Positions 26,067-38,579 of a stretch of 64,000 nt of DNA are shown one piece after another. Every line of letters begins with the position of its first letter. Position 1 is the stretch's first letter. Made by a program: the position numbers and the translations under genes. The notes beneath the pieces are model-generated. The model had not been told where the DNA came from, made no database searches, and saw nothing but the letters and a program-made list of their open reading frames with translations. This stretch comes from Eutreptiella sp. 'Long Island Sound 2002' (taxonomy: Eukaryota; Protista; Euglenida). The stretch spans positions 44,206,001-44,270,000 of the forward strand of contig OZ038379.1 in NCBI GenBank assembly GCA_964036045.1. Direction: 5' to 3'.

Positions 26067-29000
26067 AGGTAAGCTGACCAGCCAACTCCCGACATTCGTT
26101 GCTGAACATTTTGACATGGATTAATGCCAACAGAGATTTGAAGTTTCAGATACTCAAGTTAGATGTGGAACTAGAATTATAACTCCCAGATGCATTATTT
26201 ACCTTACTGTTGCAGCTGCAGCCAAGCTAACAAAATGCCGCAAAAGCGGTGTCACAGCCGCCAGACCTTATTATTCCCGCCCGGTGATTATGTAATTAGG
26301 CAAAATTATTCAAGAAATAACATTGAAGTGCAGTCTTTTTTAAACTATTTTCGCTATTTTAATGATTAAATGCCTTATGCCTTATGCCTTATGCTTTGTT
26401 TGCTGCGTGCAGCACAACAAATTGCCGTGGACGGCCGTATTCCTGTGTTGCGCAGGCCGTGCTGTCTGTTGACCTATGCGCAACCCACGTAGAAGCAAGA
26501 AAACAGCCCGCAGAAACATCAAACGGTGGTGCACAAACAATAAAGTGGCGCGTAAGCACATGGAACCGAGCCGTAAGAGCAAAGGAAGAACTGGTCAGGT
26601 AAGCGCGCAGCAAGGTGTGTTGCAAGTGGAAGTGTGTAGCACGTAAGGACAGGCACACAGAGCCCGTTGGAAAACACAGACGTTGGAAGACACAGACCGT
26701 GTCCCTACCCAAGTTCTCCTGCCGGTCAGCCTGATGAGCTGTAGCTAGCAACACTGCAATTCTGCGTCAAGCAAGGACACGCAAACAGTAGCAGACAGTG
26801 TCGTAACCCAAGTGCATCTGCAGGTCATTCTGATGAGTCATTCTGATGAGGTGCATCATCGTCATCGTCCTCTGCCTGCTAGGTTCCGCGCCAAGGGCTG
26901 ACCACGCACCTCAGGCAGCCGCCACGCACGGTTGCCGCTACACTTATGCTGCTTATCCTCTGCCAAACAACCCAAGCTTTGTGATGCAAGCAGTGGCTGA
27001 GGTGGTTAGTGGACAAGCAAGCTTGGCTTCGTGTGCACGCCGCTATCCTGTCAGTGACAAGACGATCCGAAAGGGTGTCCGCAACTGCATCAGTGGAGAA
27101 GTGGTGCAGCTTGGGCGAAGCGGACCAAAGCCTGCGGTTGATGATGGGAAGATCGCCGCCTGGTTGGAGGCACAGCGCAAGGCCAGTCTCACTCCCTACA
27201 AGTATGTAGATGTGACTAGACTTGCAGTGTATAGCAGTGTACAACAGTGCCAAGTGTACTGTGTTCTCCACAGAGCAGAGGTTGTAGAAGAGGCGGTCAA
27301 GATGAGTCTGGAGCACCGAGTCTACGGACACCCAACAAAAATAACATCCGGCAACAAGTGGTTCACACTGTGGAAGAAGTGCCACCCCGAATACACATCC
27401 CGCACACCGCAGCTAGTGGAGTCCGACCGTGCAGACGCGCGCCTAACAAGAGCAGAGTGGAAAAAGTTCTTCTTCGAAGTGGTCCGCCCTGTGTACAATG
27501 AAATTGGGTTCCACGAGTCACGCATTTACAACCTTGATGAGTCGGGGTTCTTCCGCCAGTTCATCACCAACTCTGGGGCACGGAAGGTCATCACCAAGCG
27601 TGGGTGAAACGATGTGTATCGCCGGCGTGGCTATGGACGCGAACACATAACGGGGATCACTTGCATACGTGCTGATGGAATTGGAACTGTGCCATTGACG
27701 ATGATTTTCAAAACCAAGAAAGTGAAGGGTGACTGCTTTCGACATGCTTCTACCCCAGTGGTGTTGCTAGGCAATGGGACAGGACGAAGCACAGCGTCTG
27801 ACTTCCAGGTTTACTTGGAACGAGTGTTCCAGCACTACACCGGATGTTCGGAAACGGAGGATGGACTGGTTGTTCTGCTGGTCGACGGTTCAAAGACGCA
27901 CCTGACCGCCGACGTGTTGTTCGCAGCAAAAAAACTCCGAGTCTTCCTGATCAGCTTCCCATCGCACTCAACGGACGTTGTGCAACCTCTCGATGTCAGC
28001 ATTCTCGCACCGCTGAAGCGCAAAATCCGGAGGAGCCAAGATCGCTGCGTCCATTCCCATCAGGGACATTCACTGACGCACAGCCGGTTTGTGGAGCTTG
28101 TCACTGGTGCTTGGGGTAGTGTAGCCAGAACTACACAAGTGAAGGAGTCCTTTCGTGCCACTGGGCTATTCCCGCTGTCCTTCGATGGGTTCATGGAACA
28201 TGCCCCAGTTCCTCGAATTAGAGATGATGTGCCTGCTCCGAACATTGGAATTGAGCCCCCCGATGAGGGTGTTGCGAACACATCAGGCAACAATGACCCC
28301 CCTCCACCGATGTCTGATGCCTCCTCACAAGTTTGCTCACGCGCCATCAACAGCGCCATGCACGATGACCCGACTTCGATGAACTTTGGTGGCTTTGTCA
28401 CCAGTGAGGAGCTGTTTAGGGCGTGCACTGCCGCAAATTCTACACGGGCTTCAGCGGCACAGCCCTCAGGGGACGTCCCAGAAGAGCAGCACAGCGTTCC
28501 GCGTCTACCGGGACCCCACCGTCACGACGCAGAGCTGTTGCTGCAGACGATGACGATCCAGCAAACCCGTGTCCTGCAGTGCCTTCGACAAGAACGCGGT
28601 TGCGACGAGGTCGATTTGTGGTCAACCACCAGGACCGCCGCAACACCCAAAACCATGCTGGCGCCGAACGGGCAACCTGACGGCTGCAGCGGGTTAGTGA
28701 CTCTGACTCCGATAGCGACGCACCAGCCGCAAAACGCGTCTGCTCAGATTTCTTGCAGCTGTTTCTAAGCGCTGCCTCCGGACTGTCAGATTCATGACTG
28801 TGTTTCTGTTTGCTGTCAGGTGAACACTTAAATTGTACCCCATTCTCGGATGCATAGATTTGCAATGTTTAGAGCCACGGGAAACAGATGTGCATGGCCG
28901 CTGATATAATGTGCAGCCAACTCTGACGTGTATTTTTGAATATATGTTTAACGATTGGACTGTTTGTGCCCGCCGTTGCACCTCAGGCTGCATTGTGTGG

Positions 29001-29922
29001 TCTGAGTCCTGGCAGGACTGATTGCCCTGAAACTTGATTGTGTAACCTTGGAGAGAAGTACATGTCGCAACATTGGGGTATTACGGCTTGTTTTTTTGCA
29101 AGTGTGCAAGGGGATAGAGGTGAAGTTCTCATTGCTTTTTTATAAGCAGAGAAATGGAAATGCAATATAGCGAAGAAGCCAGATTTTATAAATGATAAGG
29201 CAGAAAACATTTTATCTGAATGGCACCATGGTTTCGATAAATAGTGAGCAAAAACATTCATTGCAGAAAACATTTTGTCCGCATGGCACACTGGTTTAGA
29301 TAAATAGTGGACAACAACATTTGTGGCTAATCAGCCAAACAGCCAAACAGCCAAACAGAAAAATTAAACTTGAAGGCACCACATTTCTAAAACCTTTAAT
29401 AGTTCACCTTGAGAAGAAAAGCTCAAAACCTGTTTGCTGTACTTCGGGATGTACCCGGGGAACAAAGAGACACCGGGGACATGCGTTTTAACCTGATTGT
29501 AGAATCTACTCTGACACATTCCCAAAACTGTTTGTAAAGTGTCTTTAATGCATGTAGGTTCCATACGCAGGGTACCTGGCAGGTGCGTCTGGAGTGAGGG
29601 CAATAAAAGATTTTGTAAAACTGTTTTGAGAATGGTTTTGAGACATGGGGCGCTGGAGCGAAGACATTGAAAACGTTTGTAAACCCCAGGGGTGTTTCTG
29701 AAAGGTAGACCATACAAAGATCAAAAACATGCTGTACAATCTGTACATGAGGGCGAACAGGGACCAATGCTGTCACAACCAATGGCCGGTAGTGTACAAT
29801 GCCGGCAAACACTAGGTTTTTTGGTCCCTGACCAGTTTTTTCCTATGAGGAACAATTGGGTCTTGGGGTGAAATGACCCCCGGAAGAAATTGGTCGGGCG
29901 GCATTATTTGGTCAGCTTACCT
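26067..29922 (+). mobile_element. pogo/Tc1-mariner-superfamily DNA transposon, 3856 bp, 14-bp TIRs, TA TSD
   Basis: TA|AGGTAAGCTGACCA (26067-26080) pairs with TGGTCAGCTTACCT|TA (29909-29922). The empty site GAC-TA-AGTT occurs in the paralogous repeat at 57600-57601 (minus strand). Confidence 0.9.
26846..28768 (+). pseudogene. pogo-like (DDE_1/CENP-B-type) transposase with one in-frame TGA
   Basis: There is an N-terminal HTH-like segment (LASCARRYPVSDKTIR), then YNLDESG, LLVDGSKTHL and TDVVQPLDV. ORFs 26846..27607 and 27614..28768 are in the same frame, separated by TGA at 27605-27607. Confidence 0.9.
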
Positions 29923-31322
29923 TAACTTAATCATTGTTATCACTCTTTTGAACTTTAAAGTACACTTTCTCAAAGTGGCTAGGGTTATAACCCTAGCCCC
30001 GCATGAGGTTTGAGGTTTGAGGTTTGATTTTGCGGGTACTAGACGCCTTTCAGCCCCGGGGGGCCACCTGGTCGGGCCAGGTGATATGGTCCCCACCAGG
30101 TACTTTCTCAAAATGGCTAGGGTTATAACCCTAGCCCCCCATGAAGTGCACCACTACCTATCAACTGAGCGGAGGTATCTTCCTTCATGGAGGTAATACC
30201 AAAAAAAAGTAGGCACCTCTTGCCTAAGGCCTTGCAGGTTAAGCCTAGTTGCCCCCCACCTCAAGACCCCTATACTCAGCTGATTCTACCACTTGTTGTG
30301 GTTCTACCTTTTAACTGATTCTTAATTCAGTTGCTTGGCCATGCTGGTTAAGCCATATCCTGTGTCTGGCCCACCTCCTTTGCCCCAGATTCCTAACCAA
30401 CTCCATTTTATCCAAAAGTCATGCCAGCTTTCACATAAAATCATCTATTTTGTTTATAAACCATTGGAGCTTTGTATTTAGATCTATTATTGTCTATCTG
30501 CAGCCCCTCTTTGTTACACGTGTTTTGATTGTTGAAGAAGTTATCCTGATTTGATTGATCCGGTGCCTGGACGTGCTCTACATTACCTTTGTGTGGACTT
30601 CATTTTGAGTTGTGGAAAATCAGCAATGCTTTTGTAAAACAAATACAAGGAACAATCACAAGTGTGAGCAAACCGGAAACCTTTTCCTGAAGCAGAGGAA
30701 GGCCCTAGAAGACTAAAGCAGAACACGAAGAACATGAAGAAAAACTTGTTTCCTAAACTGTGAAGATGTGTATCGCAGTCAGTGCCAAAACAGTGCTGAT
30801 CACAAGCACCAGGTCCAAGACTGATGATGTGAGAGGACGACCTACATCTACAAGTGGTGTACACGTTGATGGTTGTCCTCTCGGAGAACTTGCAGTAACA
30901 AGAGGGGCGGAAGAAATCACAGAGATATATACAAAGGAGTCCGCCCGAGCGCAAACGCTGAGGCGCCCGGCTTAACGCAGGCAAACCTCAGGCGCCTTGA
31001 AGGCAAGAACCCTGTGGCAGCCGCCTTAGCTTCCATCGTGTCCCTCGATGCACCCGTCCGAAACTACGCCTACCCCAGGGATCGAAATGGCTAATGCCAA
31101 GGTCAAGGCCTAGAGAAGAGCTGCAAGGAAAGCAGAGGGGAAGTATGCGCCTTTGGGAACGATTTTCGGAGCCTCTTGGGGCGAGGAGACGTTCGAGATA
31201 CCTCACGGCGAAATGGACTGGTTGTCGTCGGCCCAATCATCAGAGCGGGAACCGGAGTGGTTGTCTGGAGAACGTACGCCTTTGGAGGAACCTTAGGAGT
31301 ATGAATGGCTGAAGCCTGGCCC
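28707..31322 (+). repeat. Segmental direct repeat, copy X
   Basis: It matches 33792-36323 from CTCCGATAGCGACG to GAAGCCTGGCCC and contains the pogo 3' end, the LTR-like repeat and the gag start. Confidence 0.95.
30007..30099 (-). mobile_element. 93-bp retroposed insert with (TCAAACC)n 3' tail and 45-47-bp TSD
   Basis: It is flanked by direct repeats 29960-30006 and 30100-30144 and is absent from the duplicate at ~35060-35106. The minus strand ends ...AAAATCAAACCTCAAACCTCAAACC. Confidence 0.75.
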
Positions 31323-33791
31323 GGCACACCAGGAAGGGGAAGGACAAGGGCAAGGGGAGGGCAAGGGACACCAAGGGGCACTCAGGCAATAGGGCACGGA
31401 GGGGCCCCAAGTGAGGGCAGGCACCCATAGGGACAGGGCGCCGGAAGAGACACCACATGGGGGCAGGAAACCACCTAAGAACCAGGAAGGGGCAGGAGCG
31501 GGGACCAAGGCGTGGAGGAAAAGGGCACCACGGCAAACGCCACGACCCACACCCAGGAAGGGCATACCACGACGGGGGGACCAGCGCCGCCCCATCCCCA
31601 CCGAACGCCCCACGACTCCCGGGGGCGCACCCCCCAACACGCACCGCCGAAGCAAGCATTGGACGCCGTACGGATCACACCAGTGCACACCCAGCAGCCA
31701 CCGGAAACCACACGGGGAACGGAGGGCACACCTACACGGGGAGAACGGGCCACACCCACAGAGGAAGCCGCAGGGAACGCCGCCGCACGGCGCACCACCA
31801 TGCCCTCACCGCCAGGCGACGACCCCGGCTGCCACAAGGGCCACCTCACAGGCACCGGAAGAGGACAAAGGCACGGCCACAGCGACCAGGGCTAGGGACC
31901 GAAACCCCCAGAGGACACGGGACCAAGGCACAGGCCCCCAGGGAGGGCAACCCGACGGACGCCTACCCGACCCACCAGCCCGAGCGACACGCCCAGGGCC
32001 CCACAGCACGGACCCAGCGAGACACCCACACCTAACCGCACCCCCCAGCCACCAGCCAGCCACACTCCGGCCCGCACTCCGCACCACGACACAGGCTAGG
32101 CTGACCTCCACTGACCCACCACGGCACAACGCGAGACCACGGCACACTGCACCACAGCACGCCACAGTGCAACGCGCCAAAGCACGAGGCGACACGATGC
32201 GGCACAGAGCGGCACAACACGGCACAACTGACCCTACCCAGAAGGACTAACTGAAGCAAGCCACCGCACACCATGGAAGGCGCCGCACCAGCACGCCACA
32301 CACCGGCACCGCAGGCCACACACGGGGCCACCGCGCGCCCAGCAACAACGGTGGCGGACCACCCAGAAGGTGAAAACCGGCACCGCAGAGGGGAAAGGAC
32401 ACGAACAACCCCAGCCCCCTAACCCAGAGCCACGCGCAGCCGCCTGGCGCAGCCGCCCAGCTGGCAGAGCCAGGACCTAGCCCGGCAAGAAGGGGTGCCG
32501 AGTCCAACGTGTACATAGCCCACCCGACCCATGGGGCTGGAACACGGCTAAACAGCAGGCAACCGCAAACAGTTGCCCGGAAGACCACACTGAATGCAGG
32601 TAAGTGCGTGCGCCAGCCCAGGGAAGGCAGAGGGAGGAACAGGCAGCCCCCCCCCGAAAAAAAAAAAACCAGAGGGGGGAGCGCGAAAACAGCCCACAGC
32701 CACCAAACCGCCCGCCAACACCACCAGAGGCGGCCAAACCCCCCACCCAGAAGGCACCGAAGACAGGACCCCCAAAGAGGCACAGGGGGACCACCAAGCC
32801 AAAACCGGCAACACCAAGCCAGGAACAGCAGCCCACCGGGAAAAGGGACACCGAAACATGCAGACACACACCACGGAAAAAAAAAATAAGCCAGCAGCCC
32901 AGCCCGAAAGAAAGGGGATGGGGGGACAGGGACCACAAGGCCCGGGACAGGGACACCCAGCAACCAACACCACAAAGCCAACAAAAAAAAAAGCGCAAAA
33001 AACAAACCCCGACAACCCAGCCAAGAAGGGCGGGGCATAGCTGAGACCCGGGCCCAGCACGCACGCCCACACCGCACACCGGAACCGGAAACGGCAGGGG
33101 GCAAGTGGAGCGGGCACGAAACCACACACGTCCCATAAGCAGGCCGAAACCTAAGCCCAACCACGAACACCACAAACAGCCGGCACTAGAGGGACAACAC
33201 CACAAACCGTGCCCAAACACACCCACCCAAGACCCCAGCCAGGACTGGCGGGGTTAACAAAACCCACACCCAACCGCAAACCGGACCCAAACACAAACGC
33301 CGCACAACAGTAGGAAACCCAGTGCCCACAGCCCGGGCACTGAGGCAGCCCGTGCCATGCAGGTGACCCGGCCAAACGAGATCCGGAGACCGGGGGTAAG
33401 GCTGCATCCTAAGGCCTGCGCTGCTTTGGGAATCGAGGCGGAGCGTGCGACACCCAAGCGTCTTGGAACCCTAGTACCAAGAACATGCAAGCATGCCTTG
33501 GGAACGGAATACGCCAGGAAGTCCGGTGAACCCCTAGGGTTCCGCTCAAAGGAGGGGACGTGCGCAAGCGCGGGGGCACACCCTCCAGGCGAGACAAGCA
33601 CGTCACGCCGGCAGCGATCAGCCCTCCCGGTGTTGCCCGGGGCCGCTTTTTTGGGGGCCAACAGTCAGGTCTAGCTGGATGTAAGCCGCCTCCCCTCTTC
33701 ACGCGCAGAGCCTCTTGCTGTTCGTCACAGGGGCGACGCCAGGGGGAACCAAGGGGCGCCTCTCCACGACAGAGTGCACCTACCTACCTAC
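31323..33791 (+). other. Insert Y: ~2 kb T-depleted low-complexity sequence, ~460-bp complex segment and (ACCT)4 tail
   Basis: It sits exactly between X and X'. ACCTACCTACCTACCT lies at 33778-33793. Confidence 0.6.
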
Positions 33792-36323
33792 CTCCGATAG
33801 CGACGCACCAGCCGCAAAACGCGTCTGCTCAGATTTCGAAGTGCAGCTGTTTCTAAGCGACGCCTCCGGACTGTCAGATTCATGACTGTCTTTCTGTTTG
33901 CTGTCAGGTGAACACTTGAATTGTACCCCATTCTCGGATCCATAGATTTGCGATGTTTAGAGCCACAGGAAACAGATGTGCATGGCCGCTGATATAATGT
34001 GCAGCCAATTCTGACGTGTATTTTTGAATATATGTTTAACGATTGGACTGTTTGTGCCCGCCGTTGCACCTCAGGCTGCATTGTGTGGTCTGAGTCCTGG
34101 CAGGACTGATTGCCCTGAAACTTGATTGCGTAACCTTGGAGAGAAGTACATGTCGCAACATTGGGGTATTACAGCTTGTTTTTTTGCAAGTGTGCAAGGG
34201 GATAGAGGTGAAGTTCTCATTGCTTTTTTATAAGCAGAGAAATGGAAATGCAATATAGCGAAGAAGCCAGTTTTTATAAATGATAAGGTAGAAAACATTT
34301 TATCTGAATGGCACCATGGTTTCGATAAATAGTGGACAAAAACATTCATTGCAGAAACCATTTTGTCCGCATGGCACACTGGTTTGGATAAATAGTGGAC
34401 AACAACATTTGCGGTTAAACAGCCAAACAGCCAAACAGCCAAACAGAAAAAAAAACTTGAAGGCACAACATTCTGGTCACACATTTCTAAAACCTTTAAT
34501 AGTTCACCTTGAGAAGAAAAGCTCAAGACCTGTTTGCTGTACTCGGGATGTACCCGGGGAACAAAGAGACACCAGGGACATGCGTTTTAACCTGATTGTA
34601 GAATCTACTCTGACACATTCCCAAAACTGTTTGTAAAGTGTCTTTAATGCATGTAGGTTCCATACGCAGGGTACCTGGCAGGTGTGTCTGGAGTGAGGGC
34701 AATAAAAGATTTTGTGAAACTGTTTTGAGAATGTTTTTGAGACATGGGGCGCTGGAGCGAAGACATTGAAAACGTTTGTAAACCCTAGGGGTGTTTCTGA
34801 AAGGTAGACCATACAAAGATCAAAGACATGCTGTACAATCTGTACATGAGGGCGTAAAGGGACCAATGCTGTCAAAAACCAATGGCCGGTAGTGTACAAT
34901 GCCGGCAAACACTAGGTTTTTTGGTCCCTGACCAATTTTTTCCTATGGGGAACAATTGGGTCTTGGGGTGAAGTGACCCCCGGAAGAAATTGGTCGGGCG
35001 GCATTATTTGGTCAGCTTACCATAACTTAATCATTGTTATCACTCTTTTGAACTTTAAAGTACACTTTCTCAAAGTGGCTAGGGTTATAACCCTAGCCCC
35101 CCATGAAGTTCACCACTACCTCTCAACTGAGCGGAGGTATCTTCCTTCATGGAGGTAATACCGAAATAAAGTAGGCACTTCTTGCCTAAGGCCTTGTACG
35201 TTAAGCCTAGTGGCCCCCCACCTCAAGACCCCTATACTCAACTGATTCTACCACTTGTTGTGGTTCTACCTTTTAACTGATTCTTAATTCAGTTGCTTGG
35301 CCATGCTGGTTAAGCCATATCCTGTGTCTGGCCCACCTCCTTTGCCCCAGATTCCTAACCAACTCCATTTTATCCAAGAGAGTGCACATGAAGTGCTTGG
35401 TGCTATCTTGGAGGCCTGAGTCATGCCAGTTTTAACATAAAATCATCTATTTTGTTTATAAACCATTGGAGCTTTGTATTTAGATCTATTATTGTCTATC
35501 TGCAGCCCGTCTTTGTTACACGTGTTTTGATTGTTGAAGAAGCTATCCTGATTTGATTGATCCGGTGCCTGGACTTCCTCTGCATTACCTTTGTGTGGAC
35601 TTCATTTTGAGCTGTGGAAAATCAGCAAGGGTTTCGTAAAACAAATACAAGGAACAATCACAAGTGTGAGCAAACCGGAAACCTTTTCTTGAAGCAGAGG
35701 AAGGCCCTAGAAGACTAAAGCAGAACACGAAGAACATGAAGAAAAACGTGTTTCCTAAACTGTGAAGATGTCTATCACACTCAGTGCCAAAACAGTGCTG
35801 ATCACAAGCACCAGGTCCAAGACTGATGATGTGAGAGGACGACCTACATCTACAAGTGGTGTACCCGTTGATGGTTGTCCTCTCGGAGAACTTGCAGTAA
35901 CAAGAGGGGCGGAAGAAATCACAGAGATATATACAAAGGAGTCCGCCCGAGCGCAAGCGCTGAGGCGCCCGGCTTAACGCGGGCAAACCTCAGGCGCCTC
36001 GAAGGCAAGAACCCTGTGGCAGCCGCCTTAGCTTCCATCGTGTCCCTCGATGCACCCGTCCGAAACTACGCCTACCCCAGGAATCGAAATGGCTAATGCC
36101 AGGGTCAAGGCCTGGAGAAGAGCTGCAAGGAAAGGAGAGGGGAAGGGTGCGCCTTTGGGAACGATGTTCGGAGCCTCTGGGGGCGAGGAGACGTTCGAAA
36201 TACCTCACGGCGAAATGGACTGGTCGTCGTCGGCCCAATCATCAGACGGGAACCCAAGTGGTTGTCTGGAGAACCTACGCCTCCGGAGGAACCTTAGGAG
36301 TATGAATGGCTGAAGCCTGGCCC
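33792..36323 (+). repeat. Segmental direct repeat, copy X'
   Basis: See copy X. The pogo right-TIR copy is at 35009-35022, and the copy runs continuously into gag. Confidence 0.95.
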
Positions 36324-38530
36324 CAGTCCCAGGGCAGTGGCACCCGAACCTACGTGCGTGGATCGAGGTTTGCCCTCACGCATGGCAGGCCCTAAGCTGG
36401 GTCTCGATGAGACCATGGAGTTGCTTTCCCAGGTCCTGGGCGCAGGCGATGAAGATTTAGATCTCGGTGCATTGTCAGCAGCACTCAAAACGAAATCGGG
36501 GCTCTCCAATTTGAAGAAGCTCCCACATACTATGTCCCCAGTTGTTGAACTGCTAACCAGGAACGTAGAGAGCTGCGGAGGCATCCGCAGCTCCCCAATT
36601 GACACCTGTCCTAGCCCTTTCCACCCTCGTGTGAGAACTTTGCCTGTGTGCAGTGTAGGTGACACCACAGAGGCTGAGATGAAAGGCTATGGTCTGGCAG
36701 CACTGGCCCCATTGGCCACAGGGTACCCCCCACCCCCTTCAGGTGGTCCAGGTGACACAGGCGTCCCAGGTAGGGGGACGGAGGGCATCACTACGGTGAA
36801 CCTTTAGATCGATCTCCCCGAGTTCGATCCCAAAAACCTGCCTGAATGGGCTGAGGAGTTTTCTGAGGTTTTGCTCCTCACGCGTCAGCAACACGCTGAT
36901 GTCCGGACCAAATGCACGCTCATCAAAAGGTCGTGCAAAAACAAATTCCTACAGCGGCAGGATAAGACCGCTATCAGGAAGAGCTCCAACTGGGGCGACT
37001 GCCTGAAAAGACTAGAGCAAATGCATCTAGTCTACGAAACGGACTTGAGTGTCCGAACGCAGATTAAGGAGTAGCCTCCTCCCCCCGAATATCCCACAGC
37101 TGCACGCAATTATGAGTTAGTGGCGCAGTTGGAAGGACTCATGGGGCGCATGAACCCCTCGTCCTATGGGCCGACTGAGCCACATATGTGGCTTGTGGGG
37201 AAGATTCCTACCAGGACATGGGAGAACTGCAGAGAGACGTCCGAGAGGAAATCTTGAACGCACTCTTACGATGACCTGGTCGATCGGTTGATCGAATTGG
37301 CCATGGAGAGGGAGAATGACTCCCACATGGACAAGTATCTGCGCAAACATCTGCGAAGGGAGACCCCTGCTGAGAAGTCTCATGGAGGGAGGTCGCCTCA
37401 TCTCCACCCTAACCCTCGGAATGGCCGTGGTGGCAGCTGAAGCACATGAATGAGACCCCCCCCTCCAAAGGTAAAGGTCCCCCAATCTTTTCTACTGTCG
37501 TCCTACGGAAGATAAGGGTGGACCCTGCCACGCGCCCGAATGTGATGGGCGAAGTGCGTGCATGCTCCAACTGAAGCGCACGCAGAAAACCAAAGATGGT
37601 CAGGAGGTAAAGCACCAAGAACATTTCAGCACACGATAACGTGCGGATATTGCGGCAAGCGGAGGCATTATGAGGATGACTGCCACATAAAACGCCGCGA
37701 ATCCCAAAAACTAAAGAAAGCGGAAGAGGAACAGCGTAAGAACGCTGGTAAGGGTGGAAGACCTGAAGGGGGGGGCCTAACCCTGGAGGTTTTAAGGGTA
37801 AGGGTAACCCTGGTGGACGACGAAGGTCCTCAGCCCCCCCCACTGGTGGAAGAGGAGCACCCAACGCCACACCTAAGGGTGAGCAGTCGGGTGAAAAACG
37901 GCCAGCCCCCTCAATCCCCTGCGCTGGTGGCGCCGACAAGAGCAGCGAGAACGCCAAGAAGCGCCGCCTAAATCGGCACTCTAAGTGACTACAGGCCGCT
38001 GAGGTTGGAGTCAAGTTCCCTGAACAGAGATAGGAGGGCGGCTCCGAGGATGAAGATTTGGTTTTCTGGATCACCGTGAAAATTGGTGATGAGGTCTACA
38101 AGGCTTTCTTAGACACGGGCGCTACACTTTCAATCGTGGCCCGCAGACTGCTGAAACAGGCCAACATCCGGAAAACCAAAACCGTGGCCATAAGGGCTTG
38201 GGATGGTTGGACCATCCATTCCTTGGGGGGGCTGGATGTGACCGTGTGTCTGGGCGATGAGCAGGTGACTCAGCACTGCGAAGTGCTCGACACGGACGCC
38301 TTTGACATTGTCATCGGCACAGATGTTTTGCGCCGTAATCCCCAGGTAAAAGGTACTGTTGTCTTTGCAACGTCCCTATGCCCTTCACTGCGACTTTGGC
38401 AGTGGCTTTTTTCTGTCCCTCTGGCGCTGTCGGGACAAAAAGAATCCGGTCTGCGCTACGTGAACCGGTCTTTTTGAACTGAAAACTTTCAGTTGGTGCG
38501 GCCCGTCTTGGAAAATGGACCGGTCGCCCT
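36089..38530 (+). pseudogene. gag-pro: Ty3/Gypsy gag-protease, decayed and truncated before RT
   Basis: It starts MANARVKAW. There is a capsid-like segment (LPEFDPKNLPEWAEEF), a zinc knuckle CGYCGKRRHYEDDC (37642-37683) and a protease FLDTGATLS (~38112), with several stops and frameshifts. Confidence 0.88.
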
Positions 38531-38579
38531 GCGGTGTTGTGCTCAATGAGGAGCTGTGTTAAGTTGACCTGATAGATTT

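Larger units (their letters stand above)
25978..30600 (+). repeat. LTR-like repeat of the Gypsy family (25978-26066 and 29923-~30600), split by the pogo insertion
   Basis: It is collinear with the reverse complement of 56965-57688 once the transposon is removed. The duplicate copy at 35023-35600 lies upstream of gag. The right boundary is approximate. Confidence 0.6.

Noticed and set aside
26067-29922. Fanzor/TnpB cargo in the DNA transposons
   Set aside because: No RuvC-like motifs were seen in any ORF inside either TIR element.
29977-29998. Interstitial telomere or fusion site
   Set aside because: There is only one GGGTTA/TAACCC unit each way, and it is an inherited part of the LTR-like repeat.
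31411-33226. Many overlapping long ORFs on both strands (also 25227-26130)
   Set aside because: They are a by-product of T-depletion on one strand, and they have no motifs.
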